Assembly (NCBI GenBank): GCA_963729605.1
Contig: CAVSNY010000007.1
Span: 480,001 to 544,000, forward strand
DNA from: an uncultured Gammaproteobacteria bacterium
GTDB lineage: Bacteria; Pseudomonadota; Gammaproteobacteria; DRLM01
DNA: 64,000 nucleotides
Direction: 5' to 3'
Shown here: piece after piece, positions 22,016-33,490 of the stretch
How the letters are laid out: every line of letters begins with the position of its first letter
Numbering within the stretch: position 1 is the stretch's first letter
Translations under genes and position numbers: made by a program
Notes under the pieces: generated by a model
The model's input: the letters and a program-made list of their open reading frames with translations, nothing else
What the model was told of the DNA's origin: nothing
Databases searched by the model: none

Positions 22016-23584
22016 TCAATGCCGGAAATGCCGCATGCCGGTGAACACCATGGCGATGCCGTGCTCGTTGGCGGCTTGAATCACTTCGTCGTCGCGCAGC
22101 GAGCCGCCGGGTTGAATGACGGCCGACACGCCGGCTTCCGCCGCGCTGTCCAGGCCGTCGCGGAAGGGGAAAAACGCGTCGGAGGCCATCACCGAGCCGG
22201 CGACTTGCAAACCGGCGTCGGCGGCCTTGATGGCGGCGATGCGCGCGCTGTAGACGCGGCTCATCTGGCCCGCGCCGACACCGATGGTCATGGTGTTTTT
22301 GGCGTAGACGATGGCGTTGGATTTGACGAATTTCGCGACCTTCCAGGCGAACAATAAATCGCGCAGTTCATCCGCGGTGGGCGCGCGTTGCGTCATCACC
22401 TTGAGATCGCCGCCGCCCACCATGCCGATGTCGCGATCCTGGATCAACAGTCCGCCGTTGACGCGTTTGTAATCTAAGCCGGCGGCGGGTTGCCGGTTCC
22501 ACGCGCCGCAGCTCAATACGCGCACGTTCTTTTTGGCGGCGAGTATCGGCAGCGCGTCATCTGCGACCGCGGGCGCGATGATGACTTCGACGAACTGGCG
22601 TTCGACGACGGCCTGTGCGGTGGCCGCATCGAGGGTTCGATTGAAGGCGATGATGCCGCCGAAGGCGGAGGTGGGATCGGTTTGATAGGCGCGGTCGTAG
22701 GCCTCGCGCAAATCGGCGCCCACCGCCACGCCGCAAGGGTTGGCGTGTTTGACGATGACGCAGGCCGGGGCATCGCTGAATTCCTTCACGCACTCCAGCG
22801 CGGCGTCGGTGTCGGCGATGTTGTTGAAGGAGAGTTCCTTGCCTTGCAATTGGCGCGCGGTGGACACGCTGGCCTCCGCGGGCCGGCGTTCGACGTAAAA
22901 CGCCGCGGCCTGATGCGGATTTTCGCCGTAACGCAAATCCTGCGCCTTGATGAATTGGCTGCTGTAGGTGCGCGGGAAACGCGCGTGTTCGCCATTGGTT
23001 TGAATGGCGCCGAGATAATTGGCGATGGCGCCGTCGTAGCGGGCGGTGTGTTCGAAGGTCTTCACCGCGAGGTCGAAACGGGTGGCGGCGCTCACCGCGC
23101 CGTGATGATCGCCCATCTCCTTCAGCACCCGCGGGTAATCGGCGCTGTCCACCACCACGGTGACCGCCGCGTGATTTTTCGCGGCGCTGCGCAACATGGT
23201 GGGGCCGCCGATGTCGATGTTCTCGATGGCGTCGGCGAGCGTGCAATCCGCTTGCGCCACGGTTTGTTCGAAGGGATAGAGATTCACCGCCAGCAAATCG
23301 ATGGGCATGATGGCGTGCTCGGCCATCACTGCGTCGTCAGGGCCGCGCCGGCCGAGTAAACCGCCGTGCACCTTGGGGTGTAGGGTCTTGATGCGGCCGT
23401 CCATCATTTCGGGGAAGCCGGTGTAATCGGCGACGTCGATGACGGTGATGCCGTGGTCGCGCAGAAGTTTGGCGGTGCCGCCGGTGGAAAGTATTTCCAC
23501 GTCCAGTGCGCTCAAGGCGCGGGCGAAATCCACCACGCCGGTCTTGTCGGACACGCTGATTAATGCCCGTTGAATTTTGTTCAT
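22016..23584 (-). CDS. purH: AICAR transformylase/IMP cyclohydrolase
   Basis: [44 protein letters not shown]. Confidence 0.98.
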   Translation of the reverse strand: MNKIQRALISVSDKTGVVDFARALSALDVEILSTGGTAKLLRDHGITVIDVADYTGFPEMMDGRIKTLHPKVHGGLLGRRGPDDAVMAEHAIMPIDLLAVNLYPFEQTVAQADCTLADAIENIDIGGPTMLRSAAKNHAAVTVVVDSADYPRVLKEMGDHHGAVSAATRFDLAVKTFEHTARYDGAIANYLGAIQTNGEHARFPRTYSSQFIKAQDLRYGENPHQAAAFYVERRPAEASVSTARQLQGKELSFNNIADTDAALECVKEFSDAPACVIVKHANPCGVAVGADLREAYDRAYQTDPTSAFGGIIAFNRTLDAATAQAVVERQFVEVIIAPAVADDALPILAAKKNVRVLSCGAWNRQPAAGLDYKRVNGGLLIQDRDIGMVGGGDLKVMTQRAPTADELRDLLFAWKVAKFVKSNAIVYAKNTMTIGVGAGQMSRVYSARIAAIKAADAGLQVAGSVMASDAFFPFRDGLDSAAEAGVSAVIQPGGSLRDDEVIQAANEHGIAMVFTGMRHFRH

Positions 23585-23704
23585 GCCTTGCTGCTCTCTA
23601 TTGTAGATCGACGAATTTTATACGCGGCCGCCGCGGGGCGCGCTGACATATTTGCCTTCGATCTCCTGCCGGAGAAGGAAGGCCTCGCTCGGATTCATGA
23701 TTAA

Positions 23705-23852
23705 AGAACCTCTGAATTCAGAGGTTCCGTGCGGTGCACAGATGCACCGCCATTTCTGGAACAGGTACGTGTTCGAGAAATGCAGAAAAACAAAAATCCC
23801 ATTTTTTGGTTTTCGTCTCTGAAAATCCAGGGACGGATTTTTCAGAGCTTCC
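23705..23852 (-). mobile_element. MITE-like five-hairpin element, copy B
   Basis: AGAACCTCTGAA...TTCAGAGCTTCC with TTAA on both sides (23701-04, 23853-56). Confidence 0.8.
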
Positions 23853-23919
23853 TTAAAAATTCCTGCGCCATGGAAGGAGCGTGGATAAAGTCCGGTGGCG
23901 GGATGGATGCCCGCGCTTA

Positions 23920-24210
23920 TCAGCCGAGGCCGTAGTGTTCGAGTTTCTTGCGCAAGGTGCTGCGGTTGATGCCGAGGATCTTGGCGGCCTTGCTCTGGTT
24001 GCCCCGCGTGTGGTGCATCACCGCTTCGAACAAGGGGCGTTCCACTTCGCAAATCACCAGCTCATAGACGTTCTCCGGCGGGTGGTCGTCCATGTCTCGA
24101 AAATAATGGCGCAGGGCGGTTTCGACGGCGCTGCCCAAGGGCTGTTTGCGACGCTCTTGTTGCGGATGAGGCTCGGGGCGTAGGGTGTTTTGTTCTGCGG
24201 TGCTGGACAT
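23920..24210 (-). CDS. fis: DNA-binding protein Fis
   Basis: VYELVICEVERPL, TRGNQSKAAKILGINRSTLRKKL; downstream of dusB. Confidence 0.95.
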   Translation of the reverse strand: MSSTAEQNTLRPEPHPQQERRKQPLGSAVETALRHYFRDMDDHPPENVYELVICEVERPLFEAVMHHTRGNQSKAAKILGINRSTLRKKLEHYGLG

Positions 24211-24222
24211 GGCTTCTTTTTC

Positions 24223-25209
24223 TTAGGCGGCGCAGGCAATGCGTTCTTGCAGCGCGTCGAAGAAGGCTTCGATGTGCTGAAGTTGCGCGTTCGCGCTCGG
24301 GGCTTGGTTGATAAGCTGGCGGAAGATGGCGCCGCCTTCCTGTCCCTTACTGTACCAGGCGATGTGTTTGCGGGCCACCAACACGCCGGTGTGTTCTCCG
24401 TAGAAATCGTATAAGCGATGCAGATGCTGAATGAGGATGCGGCGGATCTCGCCCGCCGGCGGCTCGGCCAACAACTCGCCGCTGGCGAGGTAGTGGCCGA
24501 TGGCGCGGAACAGCCAGGGCGCGCCCTGGGCGGCGCGGCCGATCATCACCGCGTCGGCGCCGGTTTGTTCGAGCACCTGCTTGGCTTTTTGCGGGCTGGT
24601 GATGTCGCCGTTGGCGATCACCGGGATGCCGATCTCGGCCTTGATGGCGGCGATGGTGCCGTATTCCGCCTCGCCGCGGTAGGCGCAGGCGCGGGTGCGA
24701 CCGTGCACCGCCAGGGCCTGGATGCCGCTCCGTTCGGCGATGCGGGCGATGGCGACGCCGTTGCGGTGGTCCGGGTCCCAGCCGGTGCGGATCTTGAGGG
24801 TCACCGGCACGTCCACCGCCTTGACCACCGCTTCGAGAATGCGCGCTACCAGCGCCTCGTGTTGCAGCAGGGCGGAACCGGCCATCACATTGCAGACCTT
24901 TTTGGCGGGGCAGCCCATGTTGATGTCAATGATCTGCGCGCCGTGGTCGGCGTTGAGGCGCGCGGCCTCGGCCATCATCCGCGGATCGGCGCCGGCGATC
25001 TGCACCGAACGCGGCTCCATTTCGCCGGCGTGATTGATGCGGCGCTGAGTCTTGATCGTGCCCCACAGCAGTGAATTGGCGGACACCATTTCGGAGACCG
25101 CCATGCCGGCGCCCAGCTCTTTGCACAATTGGCGGAAGGGGCGATCGGTGACGCCCGCCATGGGGGCGAGGATGACGTTATTGGCCAAGCTGTAGGGACC
25201 AATGCGCAT
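24223..25209 (-). CDS. dusB: tRNA-dihydrouridine synthase B
   Basis: LAPMAGVTD, IDINMGCP, VHGRTR, ANGDI; dusB-fis synteny. Confidence 0.96.
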   Translation of the reverse strand: MRIGPYSLANNVILAPMAGVTDRPFRQLCKELGAGMAVSEMVSANSLLWGTIKTQRRINHAGEMEPRSVQIAGADPRMMAEAARLNADHGAQIIDINMGCPAKKVCNVMAGSALLQHEALVARILEAVVKAVDVPVTLKIRTGWDPDHRNGVAIARIAERSGIQALAVHGRTRACAYRGEAEYGTIAAIKAEIGIPVIANGDITSPQKAKQVLEQTGADAVMIGRAAQGAPWLFRAIGHYLASGELLAEPPAGEIRRILIQHLHRLYDFYGEHTGVLVARKHIAWYSKGQEGGAIFRQLINQAPSANAQLQHIEAFFDALQERIACAA

Positions 25210-25327
25210 GGCGGGCGATCAATGTTCCGGGGGAAAGCGCCGCATGATACTCCCAACCGCGGGGGGGATAAAGGGCCTGGGCCGCGGTGTTTTTTCCTGC
25301 GCGCGCGCTCCGCGCGTATGAGGGTTT

Positions 25328-26488
25328 TTATAACAAATTGAATTGAAAGCTGACCGCTTGTTTGCCGGGATCGGCGATCTCCAAGGAGAATTTCACGGGC
25401 TCCCGCGGCGCCATGCCTTTTTTGATGTCGGTACCGGGCGGCAAATATTCGGCGGGACGGAAACGGCGCCCGGCCACCAGTTGATTGTTGAGGTCGGAGA
25501 AGCGGAGTTCCACCTGCGGATAGGCTTGGACGAAGGCGGCCTCGTTGACCAGGGTGGCGTCGATGAGCAGGGCGTGTTCGTGGCCGGGGTGGGATTGCAC
25601 CACCCGATTGGCGAGGCTGATGCGGCCGGGGTCTTTTTGCAGGGGCACGTCGCAGCCGAAGGTATCGCACAGTTGGGTGAGCCAAGGCCGCAGCTCGGGG
25701 TATTGGGCCAGTTCCTCGCGATTGAAGTAGGCGTATTGCCCCAGCAGCACGGCGATCAGCGCGATATTCGCCAGCGCCCAGGCGGCGATTCTCCAGCCGC
25801 CGCCGTTTTCCGCGGCCACCGGTAAGACCGCCGCCGGGCGGGGTTCGATGCTGATGGGGGCGAGGCCCGCTGTTTCGTCGCGCAGCAGGTCGTTGTCCAG
25901 CCCGTTGACCGTGGGTTCGCGGCGGATATTCGCCACGGCGTGGTCCGCGGTCGTCCACGGCGCGCTGGTGATGCGGCCGTGTTGGTCGGCGCTGAAGGGT
26001 TTGATCTCGCGCAGGCCGTGAAGAGGGGCGGCGGCGGGCGGCGGCGCTGGCGGTTCGCCGTCGTCATGCGATGCGGCGGCTTGTACGGAGCTGGGGGCGT
26101 CGCCGCTCTTTTGCGGGGTGTCGGGCGCGGCGGCGTGGCCCTGCGCCATAAAGTCCGCCACGCTTTTATAGAAGGAGGGGCCGGACGCCGTTGCGGCCGC
26201 GCCGGATGAGGAGACGGGCGTCTCCTCGCGTTCGTGTTGGTCGGTCGCCTGTTCCGTGGGACGGTCGATGTCCGCGACGTCCGCCGCCGGCGCGGGTTCA
26301 TGAACCAAGTCGGTGGGCGCCGTGGCGCCGCCGGCGGGTTGAATGAAGCGCTCCGGCAATTCGCTCAGCGACTCCAGGGCGTTGAAGCCCTGTTCGCACA
26401 CGCCGCAGCGCACCTGGCCGCGGGCCTGGGCGAGCTGGCCGGCGTTGATGCGGAAGACGGTCGCGCACTTCGGGCACTGGGTGTACAT
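25328..26488 (-). CDS. Zinc-ribbon and DUF3426 domain membrane protein
   Basis: CPKC...CGVC zinc ribbon, low-complexity linker, one TM helix, C-terminal domain; between prmA and dusB. Confidence 0.85.
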   Translation of the reverse strand: MYTQCPKCATVFRINAGQLAQARGQVRCGVCEQGFNALESLSELPERFIQPAGGATAPTDLVHEPAPAADVADIDRPTEQATDQHEREETPVSSSGAAATASGPSFYKSVADFMAQGHAAAPDTPQKSGDAPSSVQAAASHDDGEPPAPPPAAAPLHGLREIKPFSADQHGRITSAPWTTADHAVANIRREPTVNGLDNDLLRDETAGLAPISIEPRPAAVLPVAAENGGGWRIAAWALANIALIAVLLGQYAYFNREELAQYPELRPWLTQLCDTFGCDVPLQKDPGRISLANRVVQSHPGHEHALLIDATLVNEAAFVQAYPQVELRFSDLNNQLVAGRRFRPAEYLPPGTDIKKGMAPREPVKFSLEIADPGKQAVSFQFNLL

Positions 26489-26515
26489 GGCGGCGGTCAC
26501 TTCCCTGTCGGTCCG

Positions 26516-27409
26516 CTACGCGGCGGGTGTCTGGTTGCGTCGGCCGTGGGCGCGGACCCAACCCTCGCGCACGGTGATGGGGGCCATGGTAAACCAAGCG
26601 CGGTAATTTTCCAGCACCTCCTCGGCCTGTTCGGCGAGGATGCCCGACAACACGACGCGGCCGCCGGGCGGCAACAAGCGCGCGAAGCGCGGCGCGAGCG
26701 AGATCAACGGCGCGGCGAGGATGTTGGCCAGCACGACGTCGGCGTGGGTCGCCGTCAGGTTTTCCGCGCTGCAAACGGTAATGGCCGTTTCGACGCCGTT
26801 GACCGCCGCGTTGTCGCGGGTGGCGAGCAGGGCCTGCGGGTCGTGGTCTACCGCCCACACCTCGGCCGCGCCGAGTTTGGCGGCGGCGATGGCGAGGATG
26901 CCCGAGCCGCAGCCGAAGTCGATGACGGTTTGATCGGCGAGGTCTTCGCCGTCCAGCCATTCCAGGCAGAGGGCGGTGGTGGCGTGGGTGCCGGTGCCGA
27001 AGGCCAGGCCCGGATCGAGCATGACGTTGACCGCCGCCGGGTCCGGCGGCGTATGCCAGCGGGGACAGACCCACAGCCGATTGCCGAAGCGGAGGGGATG
27101 GAATTGATCCATCCAGGCCCGTTCCCAGTCTTGGTCGGGGAGGAGGGTGACGGTCGCGCGCAGCGGCGTGGTTTGCGCCGCGTCGCTTTGCAGCCGCGCC
27201 AGTATCGCGGCGGCGTCGCCGTCGGCGGCGAACAGGCCGATCACGTGGGTGTTGACCCACAGCGGGCTATCGCCCGGTTCGAGCTGAAACAGGGGTTGAT
27301 CGGCGGCGTCTTGTAAAGTGACCGCCGCCGCGCCCGCGTCGTGCAGGACCTCGGCGAGACGCTCCGCTTGGTCTTGCTGGGTTTCAATGGTGATTTGTAG
27401 CCAAGGCAT
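26516..27409 (-). CDS. prmA: Ribosomal protein L11 methyltransferase
   Basis: MPWLQ, LDPGLAFGTGTHATT, DFGCGSGILAI, LANILA. Confidence 0.97.
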   Translation of the reverse strand: MPWLQITIETQQDQAERLAEVLHDAGAAAVTLQDAADQPLFQLEPGDSPLWVNTHVIGLFAADGDAAAILARLQSDAAQTTPLRATVTLLPDQDWERAWMDQFHPLRFGNRLWVCPRWHTPPDPAAVNVMLDPGLAFGTGTHATTALCLEWLDGEDLADQTVIDFGCGSGILAIAAAKLGAAEVWAVDHDPQALLATRDNAAVNGVETAITVCSAENLTATHADVVLANILAAPLISLAPRFARLLPPGGRVVLSGILAEQAEEVLENYRAWFTMAPITVREGWVRAHGRRNQTPAA

Positions 27410-27588
27410 GGTGTGATTCGATGTGTCGAAGTGGGTGTGGTGTCGCCGGTTATTGGGCAAAGCGTACGAGAGCAATCATCCGTTATTCGAAGCCTTCCGC
27501 TTCCGCGTGGCGCGCGAACCGCAGGCCTGGCCTGCCCGGCGCGGGGGTCGATAAATTTACGCCGAGGCGGGGAACGCCGGAGTGATGT

Positions 27589-28938
27589 TCAACCCGCCGC
27601 GAGCTTGAGCTTCTTTTCCAGGAAATGGATATGCGTGCCGCCGGCCTGGAAGGCGTTGTCGTTGAGGATGTCGCGGTGCAGCAGGATGTTGGTCTTGATG
27701 CCTTCCACCACCATCTCGGTGAGCGCGGTGCGCATGCGCGCCAGCGCCTTCTCGCGGTCGTCGCCGTAGGCGATGATCTTGCCGATCATCGAGTCGTAAT
27801 ACGGCGGCACGACATAGCCGGAATAGAGATGGGAGTCCACCCGGATGCCCGGTCCGCCCGGCGGATGATAAAGCGTGATCGCGCCCGGCGAGGGCGTAAA
27901 GGTCTTGGGATCCTCCGCGTTGATGCGGCACTCGATGGCATGGCCGCGGAACTGGATGTCTTTTTGTTTGTACGAAAGCGGTTCGCCCGCGGCGATCTTG
28001 AGCTGTTCCTTGACGATGTCCACGCCGGTGATCATCTCGGTGACCGGATGTTCGACCTGCAAGCGGGTGTTCATCTCGATGAAATAGAATTCGTCGTTTT
28101 CGAAGAGGAACTCGAAGGTGCCGGCGCCGCGGTAACCGATTTTGCGGCAGGCCTCGGCGCAGCGTTCGCCGATCTTGTTGCGGAGTTTTTCCGAGAGCCC
28201 CGGCGCCGGGGATTCCTCGATGACCTTTTGGTGGCGGCGCTGCATCGAGCAGTCGCGTTCGCCCAGGTGGATGGCGTTGCCCTGGCCGTCGGCCAGCACC
28301 TGGAATTCGATGTGACGCGGCGTTTGCAGGAATTTCTCCATGTACACCGTGTCATTGCCGAAGGCCGAGGCCGCTTCACTTTTGGTGAGCGACAAGGCCT
28401 CGAGCAGCGTCGCCTCGCCGTGCACCACCCGCATGCCGCGCCCGCCGCCGCCGCCGGCGGCCTTGATGATGATCGGGTAGCCGATGTCGCGGGCCATGGC
28501 GATGACTTCGTCGGGATTTTCGGGGATCGGCCCGTCGGAGCCGGGCACGCAGGGGATGCCGGCCTTTTTCATGGCCGCCTTGGCGGAGATCTTGTCGCCC
28601 ATCAGGCGGATGGTGTCGGGTCGCGGACCGATGAAGATGAAGCCGCTGCGGTCCACCGCCTCGGCGAAGTCGGCGTTTTCCGACAGGAAGCCGTAACCGG
28701 GGTGGATGGCCACCGCGTCGGTGACCTCGGCGGCGCTGATCACCGCCGGGATGTTCAGATAACTTTTGGCGGCGGCGGGCGGGCCGATGCACACCGATTC
28801 GTCGGCGAGCCGCACGTGTTTGAGGTCGCGGTCGGCGGTGGAATGCACCGCCACGGTTTTGATGCCGAGTTCTTTGCAGGCGCGCCAGATACGCAGGGCG
28901 ATTTCGCCGCGATTGGCGATGACGACTTTATCCAACAT
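27589..28938 (-). CDS. accC: Acetyl-CoA carboxylase biotin carboxylase
   Basis: [46 protein letters not shown]. Confidence 0.98.
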   Translation of the reverse strand: MLDKVVIANRGEIALRIWRACKELGIKTVAVHSTADRDLKHVRLADESVCIGPPAAAKSYLNIPAVISAAEVTDAVAIHPGYGFLSENADFAEAVDRSGFIFIGPRPDTIRLMGDKISAKAAMKKAGIPCVPGSDGPIPENPDEVIAMARDIGYPIIIKAAGGGGGRGMRVVHGEATLLEALSLTKSEAASAFGNDTVYMEKFLQTPRHIEFQVLADGQGNAIHLGERDCSMQRRHQKVIEESPAPGLSEKLRNKIGERCAEACRKIGYRGAGTFEFLFENDEFYFIEMNTRLQVEHPVTEMITGVDIVKEQLKIAAGEPLSYKQKDIQFRGHAIECRINAEDPKTFTPSPGAITLYHPPGGPGIRVDSHLYSGYVVPPYYDSMIGKIIAYGDDREKALARMRTALTEMVVEGIKTNILLHRDILNDNAFQAGGTHIHFLEKKLKLAAG

Positions 28939-28978
28939 GAGATGTATTCACCGTGGGCTGACAGACTCGGTTTATTGG

Positions 28979-29431
28979 CTATTCAATGATGAACAGGGGC
29001 TGGCCGTATTCGACCGGCTGGCCGTTCTCGACCAGGATGGCCTTGATCGACCCCGCTTGGTCCGCTTCGATTTGATTGAACATTTTCATCGCTTCGATGA
29101 TGCACAGCGTATCGCCGACGTTGACGCGCTGGCCCACTTCGACGAAGGATTTGTTGCCGGGCGCGGACGAGCGGTAAAAGGTGCCGACCATGGGGCTGAT
29201 CACGGCATGGCCGGTGGGAAGGTCGCTTTTGGCGGCTTCGGTCACGGCGGCGGCCACGGGCGCCGCGGCCGGCGCCGAGGCCGCGTACATGGCCGGGGCC
29301 ATCATGGTGTGGGCGCTCGGCGGGCTATAACGGCTGATGCGCACCGATTCTTCCCCTTCGCGGATCTCGATTTCGGCGATACCGGATTCTTCGAGGAGTT
29401 CTATGAGTTTTTTGACTTTACGAATGTCCAT
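28979..29431 (-). CDS. accB: Biotin carboxyl carrier protein
   Basis: [26 protein letters not shown] biotinylation motif. Confidence 0.97.
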   Translation of the reverse strand: MDIRKVKKLIELLEESGIAEIEIREGEESVRISRYSPPSAHTMMAPAMYAASAPAAAPVAAAVTEAAKSDLPTGHAVISPMVGTFYRSSAPGNKSFVEVGQRVNVGDTLCIIEAMKMFNQIEADQAGSIKAILVENGQPVEYGQPLFIIE

Positions 29432-29435
29432 GTTT

Positions 29436-29894
29436 CTATTCGCTACCTGATGTGTTGTCGGCAAGCCGTTGCAGTACGACTTGCAATGCCAATTGATAAC
29501 CCTGCGGCCCGCAGCCGCTGATGACGCCCGCCGCCACGTCGGCAAAATACGAGTGGCGGCGGAAGGGCTCGCGGGCGTGGATGTTCGATAAATGTACTTC
29601 GAGGAACGGGATGTTCACCGCCAGGAGCGCGTCGCGCAGCGCCACGCTGGTGTGGGTGTAGGCCGCCGGGTTGAAGATGATGAAGGCCACCCCTTCCCGG
29701 GCGGCGGCGTGTATACGCTCGATCAAGGCGTGTTCGGCGTTGCTTTGAAAACACGACAGCTGGTGGCCTTGCGCCAGCGCGGTGCTCTCCAGCTCGTGGT
29801 TGATGGTGGCCAGGGTGGCGTGGCCGTACAGCGCCGGTTCGCGGCTGCCGAGCAAATTCAGATTGGGTCCGTGCAACACCAGTAATGTAGCCAT
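29436..29894 (-). CDS. aroQ: Type II 3-dehydroquinate dehydratase
   Basis: [35 protein letters not shown]. Confidence 0.97.
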   Translation of the reverse strand: MATLLVLHGPNLNLLGSREPALYGHATLATINHELESTALAQGHQLSCFQSNAEHALIERIHAAAREGVAFIIFNPAAYTHTSVALRDALLAVNIPFLEVHLSNIHAREPFRRHSYFADVAAGVISGCGPQGYQLALQVVLQRLADNTSGSE

Positions 29895-30099
29895 GGGCCT
29901 TCCTTAGGATATCCCTTCAGGCGCGCGTGGCGTGCAGGGCACAGACAACGCCGCCTCTTATTTTACGCGGCGGGGTTTGCCTGACCGCAGCGCGTCATCA
30001 TTCTGCATGGCGAGGTTGAATTTGTCCACATGGATAAATGTTTCCGGTCTTTCGCAGCAGATCGCGGCGAATTGGTCTCTTTTGCTTGGGAGAGACGGG

Positions 30100-30666
30100 C
30101 TAGAGCAGGGAGGCGATCACTTGTCGCGCCGTGGCCTCGCTGAGCTCGCCGTAGCGGGTGTAGGCGACCCGCCCTTGGCGGTCGATGATCACGGTATAGG
30201 GCAATATCCCCGTCATATTGCCGTATTGCCGGGCGACCGCGATGCCGTCTTCCTCGCTCACCAGCACCGGGTAGTCGATGGCGGTGTCCTTGGTGTAATC
30301 GACGACGGACTTGTGGTCGTCGATGGCGATGCCGACGAATTGCAGGCCGGCCGCGCCCATCTCCGCTTGCAAGGCGTTGAAGCCGGGAATCTCCCGTTTA
30401 CAGGGCGGACACCAGGTCGCCCAGAAATTGACGGCGATCACCTTGCCGTCCCATTCCTTGACCGCGCGCGGCTCGCCGGTAAGGTCGGGCAGGGTGAAGT
30501 CGGGGCGGGGCTGGCTGACGATGCCTTGGGCTTGGGTGGTGTCTTGCGCCTTTTGTTCCTTATTAGAGAGTTCGTTGAATATCCCGGCGGCGCCGAAAAT
30601 CACGCCTGCCACGGCGATGGCGGAGAAGACGACGGCGGGGCGTTTGAGGAGGTCGCTGACGGCCAT
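30100..30666 (-). CDS. TlpA-family thiol:disulfide oxidoreductase
   Basis: N-terminal membrane anchor, VNFWATWCPPC, PYTVIID. Confidence 0.9.
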   Translation of the reverse strand: MAVSDLLKRPAVVFSAIAVAGVIFGAAGIFNELSNKEQKAQDTTQAQGIVSQPRPDFTLPDLTGEPRAVKEWDGKVIAVNFWATWCPPCKREIPGFNALQAEMGAAGLQFVGIAIDDHKSVVDYTKDTAIDYPVLVSEEDGIAVARQYGNMTGILPYTVIIDRQGRVAYTRYGELSEATARQVIASLL

Positions 30667-30677
30667 GCTGATTCCTG

Positions 30678-33038
30678 TTATGAACCGTTGAAGGTGCGTT
30701 GGACATGGGCCGCGAATTCTTCGGGCCCGAAGTAACCCACCAAGCGGTAGGGCTGCTGTTCCACGCCGCGGGCGTCGAAGAAGACGATGCCGGGCGGGCC
30801 GAACAGGCCGAATTGTTTGAGCAAGGCCTGGTCTTGCCGGTCGTTGGCGGTGACGTCGGCCTGTAACAACACGGTGTCCGCCAAGGCGGCTTGCACCTTG
30901 GCATCGGAGAAGGTGTTGCGCTCCATCTCTTTGCAGCTCACGCACCAGTCGGCGTAGAAATCCAGCATCACGGTTTTGCCGTTGGCGCCGGCCAAGGCCG
31001 CGTTGAGGCCGTCCGGGCCTTTGATCCGGGTGAAGCGCAGGCCATGGGCGTCATCGGTCCCCGACGACGAGGCGAAACTGACGCCGCGCAAAGGTTGGAA
31101 TACGTCGTTGCCGCCGCCCGCGGCGCCCACCAGCAGCAGGGCACCGTACAACATCAGCACCAGGCCCGAGCCTTTCCACAATTTGCGCCAGCCGGTGGCG
31201 TCGGGCAGCAGGCGGTCGAAGGCGCCCATATAAACCGCCGAGACGATGAGCAACACGCCCCACAACACCAGGCCGAGTTGCGGCGGGATGATACGTTCCA
31301 GCATCCAGATCGCGAGGGCCAACAGCAGGACGCCGAAGATGGCTTTGATGGTATTCATCCAGCCGCTGATCTTGGGCAGCCACTTGCCGGCCGACGTGCC
31401 GACCGCCAGCAAGGGCAGGCCCATGCCCATGCTCATGGCGAACAAGGCGAAGCCGCCCAGTACCGCGTCGCCGGTTTGGCCGATGTAGATCAATGCGCCC
31501 GCCAGCGGCGCGGCCACGCAGGGACCGACGATGAGGGCGGACAATAAACCCATCACCGCGGCGCCGACCAGCGTGCCGCCCTTTTGCCGGTTGCTGAGCT
31601 CGCTGAGTTTGGTCTGCCAGCTGGTCGGCATTTGCAGGTTGTAAAAGCCGAACATGCCCAGCGCCAGCACGACGAACAGCGCGCTGAAACTGCCGATGAT
31701 CCACGGGTTTTGAAAGGTCGCTTGCAGGTTGGCGCCGAACAGCCCGGCCAGGATGCCCGCGATGGTGTAAGTGACGGCCATCGCCAGCACATAGGCCAGC
31801 GACAGGCTGAAGGCCCGGCGGGTAGTCACGGTGGCGCCTTGGCCCACGATCAAGGTCGAGAGGATGGGCAGCATGGGGAAGACGCAGGGGGTGAAGGCCA
31901 GCAGGATGCCCACCCCGAAAAAGCTCAAGAGGGTGGCGAGGCGGTCGCCGCCTTGCAGAGATTGGGCGTAGCGGTCTTGTTCGGAGACGAAGCCGCCGCT
32001 GCCGGTTGAAAAGGCGGACGTGTTCGCCGCCGTAACCGCGCTGCCCGCGGCCGGCAGATTCACCGGCAGATTTTTAGTGATGGGCGGATAACACAAGCCC
32101 GCGTCGGCGCAACCTTGATAACGGACCTCCAGCGTCACCGGCTGCGCGTTCGCGGTGTTGCGCGTGAGGGGGAGTTCGAAGCTCACCTGCTTGTAGTAGA
32201 CCTCGCTGAGCCCGAAGCTCTCGTCCACCTTTTCGACGCCGCGCGGGGCGGTGTAGCTGCCGAGGGTCACGCCTTCCGCATCGTGCAGGGCGAAGGCGAA
32301 TTTGTCGCGGTAAAGGTAATAGCCTTCGGCGATTTGCCAGCGGGCGACGGCGCGGTCGGCGGCGGGGGTGTCGATGGTGACCACGAAGGCCTGCTCGGGA
32401 TCGAGGAATGCCTCCTGCTGGGATTTCAGCCCGAGCTTGTCGCCGAGTGAAGCAAAGAGGCCGCGCAGCCCGCCGCCATTGCCGGCCGCCGGGGGCGCGT
32501 CGATCAATTGCAAGTTGGCGGTTTGAGTGTGGGGCGGGAAACACACGCCGACGTCGGCGCACCCTTGGGAATGGGCGCGCAGGGTGAATTGACTGGTGGG
32601 GTCGTCGCGGCCGCGCAGCAGGGGAATGTCCACGGTGAGGGTGCCGCGGTAAATCGCCATCTCGCCGAAGAATTCGTCGGTCTTGGTCTCGGTGGGCGGT
32701 GGCAGCACCGGCATCCCGAGGCCGACGGCGGCCTGGCCGGATTCAAAACGCAGCTTGTCGCGATAGAGGTAATAGCCGTCGGCGATGCGCCATTCCACCC
32801 GCACCATGTCGGCGGCGAGGCTGCGCGCGGAGAAGGCGTAGGCCCGGTCCGGCGGCAGCAGGTCTTTGGCGTCGACGGCGTGAGCGGCGCTGAAGCCGGA
32901 TAAGCAAAACACGACGACCGCGAGCGCGGCGCGCCAACCGCGGAAGTTGAAGGCGCGCCATGGCGGCGGATTCGTGGGGGCTGGATTGATCGCGCTCACC
33001 TGTGACTGCATCCCGGATAGTGTGCTCTGCATATTCAA
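30678..33038 (-). CDS. dsbD: Thiol:disulfide interchange protein DsbD with duplicated N-terminal domain
   Basis: Two QGCAD.G.C.PP domains, TM FTPCVFPM and GPCVAAP, C-terminal DFYADWCVSC; start uncertain. Confidence 0.93.
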   Translation of the reverse strand: MNMQSTLSGMQSQVSAINPAPTNPPPWRAFNFRGWRAALAVVVFCLSGFSAAHAVDAKDLLPPDRAYAFSARSLAADMVRVEWRIADGYYLYRDKLRFESGQAAVGLGMPVLPPPTETKTDEFFGEMAIYRGTLTVDIPLLRGRDDPTSQFTLRAHSQGCADVGVCFPPHTQTANLQLIDAPPAAGNGGGLRGLFASLGDKLGLKSQQEAFLDPEQAFVVTIDTPAADRAVARWQIAEGYYLYRDKFAFALHDAEGVTLGSYTAPRGVEKVDESFGLSEVYYKQVSFELPLTRNTANAQPVTLEVRYQGCADAGLCYPPITKNLPVNLPAAGSAVTAANTSAFSTGSGGFVSEQDRYAQSLQGGDRLATLLSFFGVGILLAFTPCVFPMLPILSTLIVGQGATVTTRRAFSLSLAYVLAMAVTYTIAGILAGLFGANLQATFQNPWIIGSFSALFVVLALGMFGFYNLQMPTSWQTKLSELSNRQKGGTLVGAAVMGLLSALIVGPCVAAPLAGALIYIGQTGDAVLGGFALFAMSMGMGLPLLAVGTSAGKWLPKISGWMNTIKAIFGVLLLALAIWMLERIIPPQLGLVLWGVLLIVSAVYMGAFDRLLPDATGWRKLWKGSGLVLMLYGALLLVGAAGGGNDVFQPLRGVSFASSSGTDDAHGLRFTRIKGPDGLNAALAGANGKTVMLDFYADWCVSCKEMERNTFSDAKVQAALADTVLLQADVTANDRQDQALLKQFGLFGPPGIVFFDARGVEQQPYRLVGYFGPEEFAAHVQRTFNGS

Positions 33039-33069
33039 GTACTAACGCCGGATGGCTTCCGGCTGATTG

Positions 33070-33396
33070 TTATGACCGCGTGCAGGCGGCGGTGATCCAG
33101 TCTAAATAACCCGACAGGCCGGCTGCCAGTGGGACCGCGATGATTTCAGGAAGTTCGTAGGGATGCAAGGCCGTTATGGCCTGTTCGAGCGTCGGATAGG
33201 CGGCTTGGGTCGTCTTGATGATGAGCAGGTGTTCTTCCGCGCTTTCCCGCGCGCCCTGCCATAGATAGACCGAACGCAGGCCGCCCACGATGTTGACGCA
33301 GGCGGCGAGGCCTTGCTCCACCACGGCGTCGGCGATCACGCCGGCGGTCTCGGCGTTGGGGCAGGTGGTCAAGACGACATAATGATTGTGACTCAT
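33070..33396 (-). CDS. cutA: Divalent-cation tolerance protein CutA
   Basis: LAACVNI, SVYLWQG, HPYELPEI; cutA-dsbD synteny. Confidence 0.95.
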   Translation of the reverse strand: MSHNHYVVLTTCPNAETAGVIADAVVEQGLAACVNIVGGLRSVYLWQGARESAEEHLLIIKTTQAAYPTLEQAITALHPYELPEIIAVPLAAGLSGYLDWITAACTRS

Positions 33397-33490
33397 GGTG
33401 CGCCTAGATTAGCAGAGAAGCGCGATGGGTGGGCCGCCGGGGCCGGATCGCGCCTTGAGCTTCGCCGCCCGCCCCTGTACCTTGATGGGC

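Noticed and set aside
23585-23700. ZMP/ZTP riboswitch or small ORF upstream of purH
   Set aside because: No pfl-motif conserved sequence is seen, and the 26-codon ORF has no support
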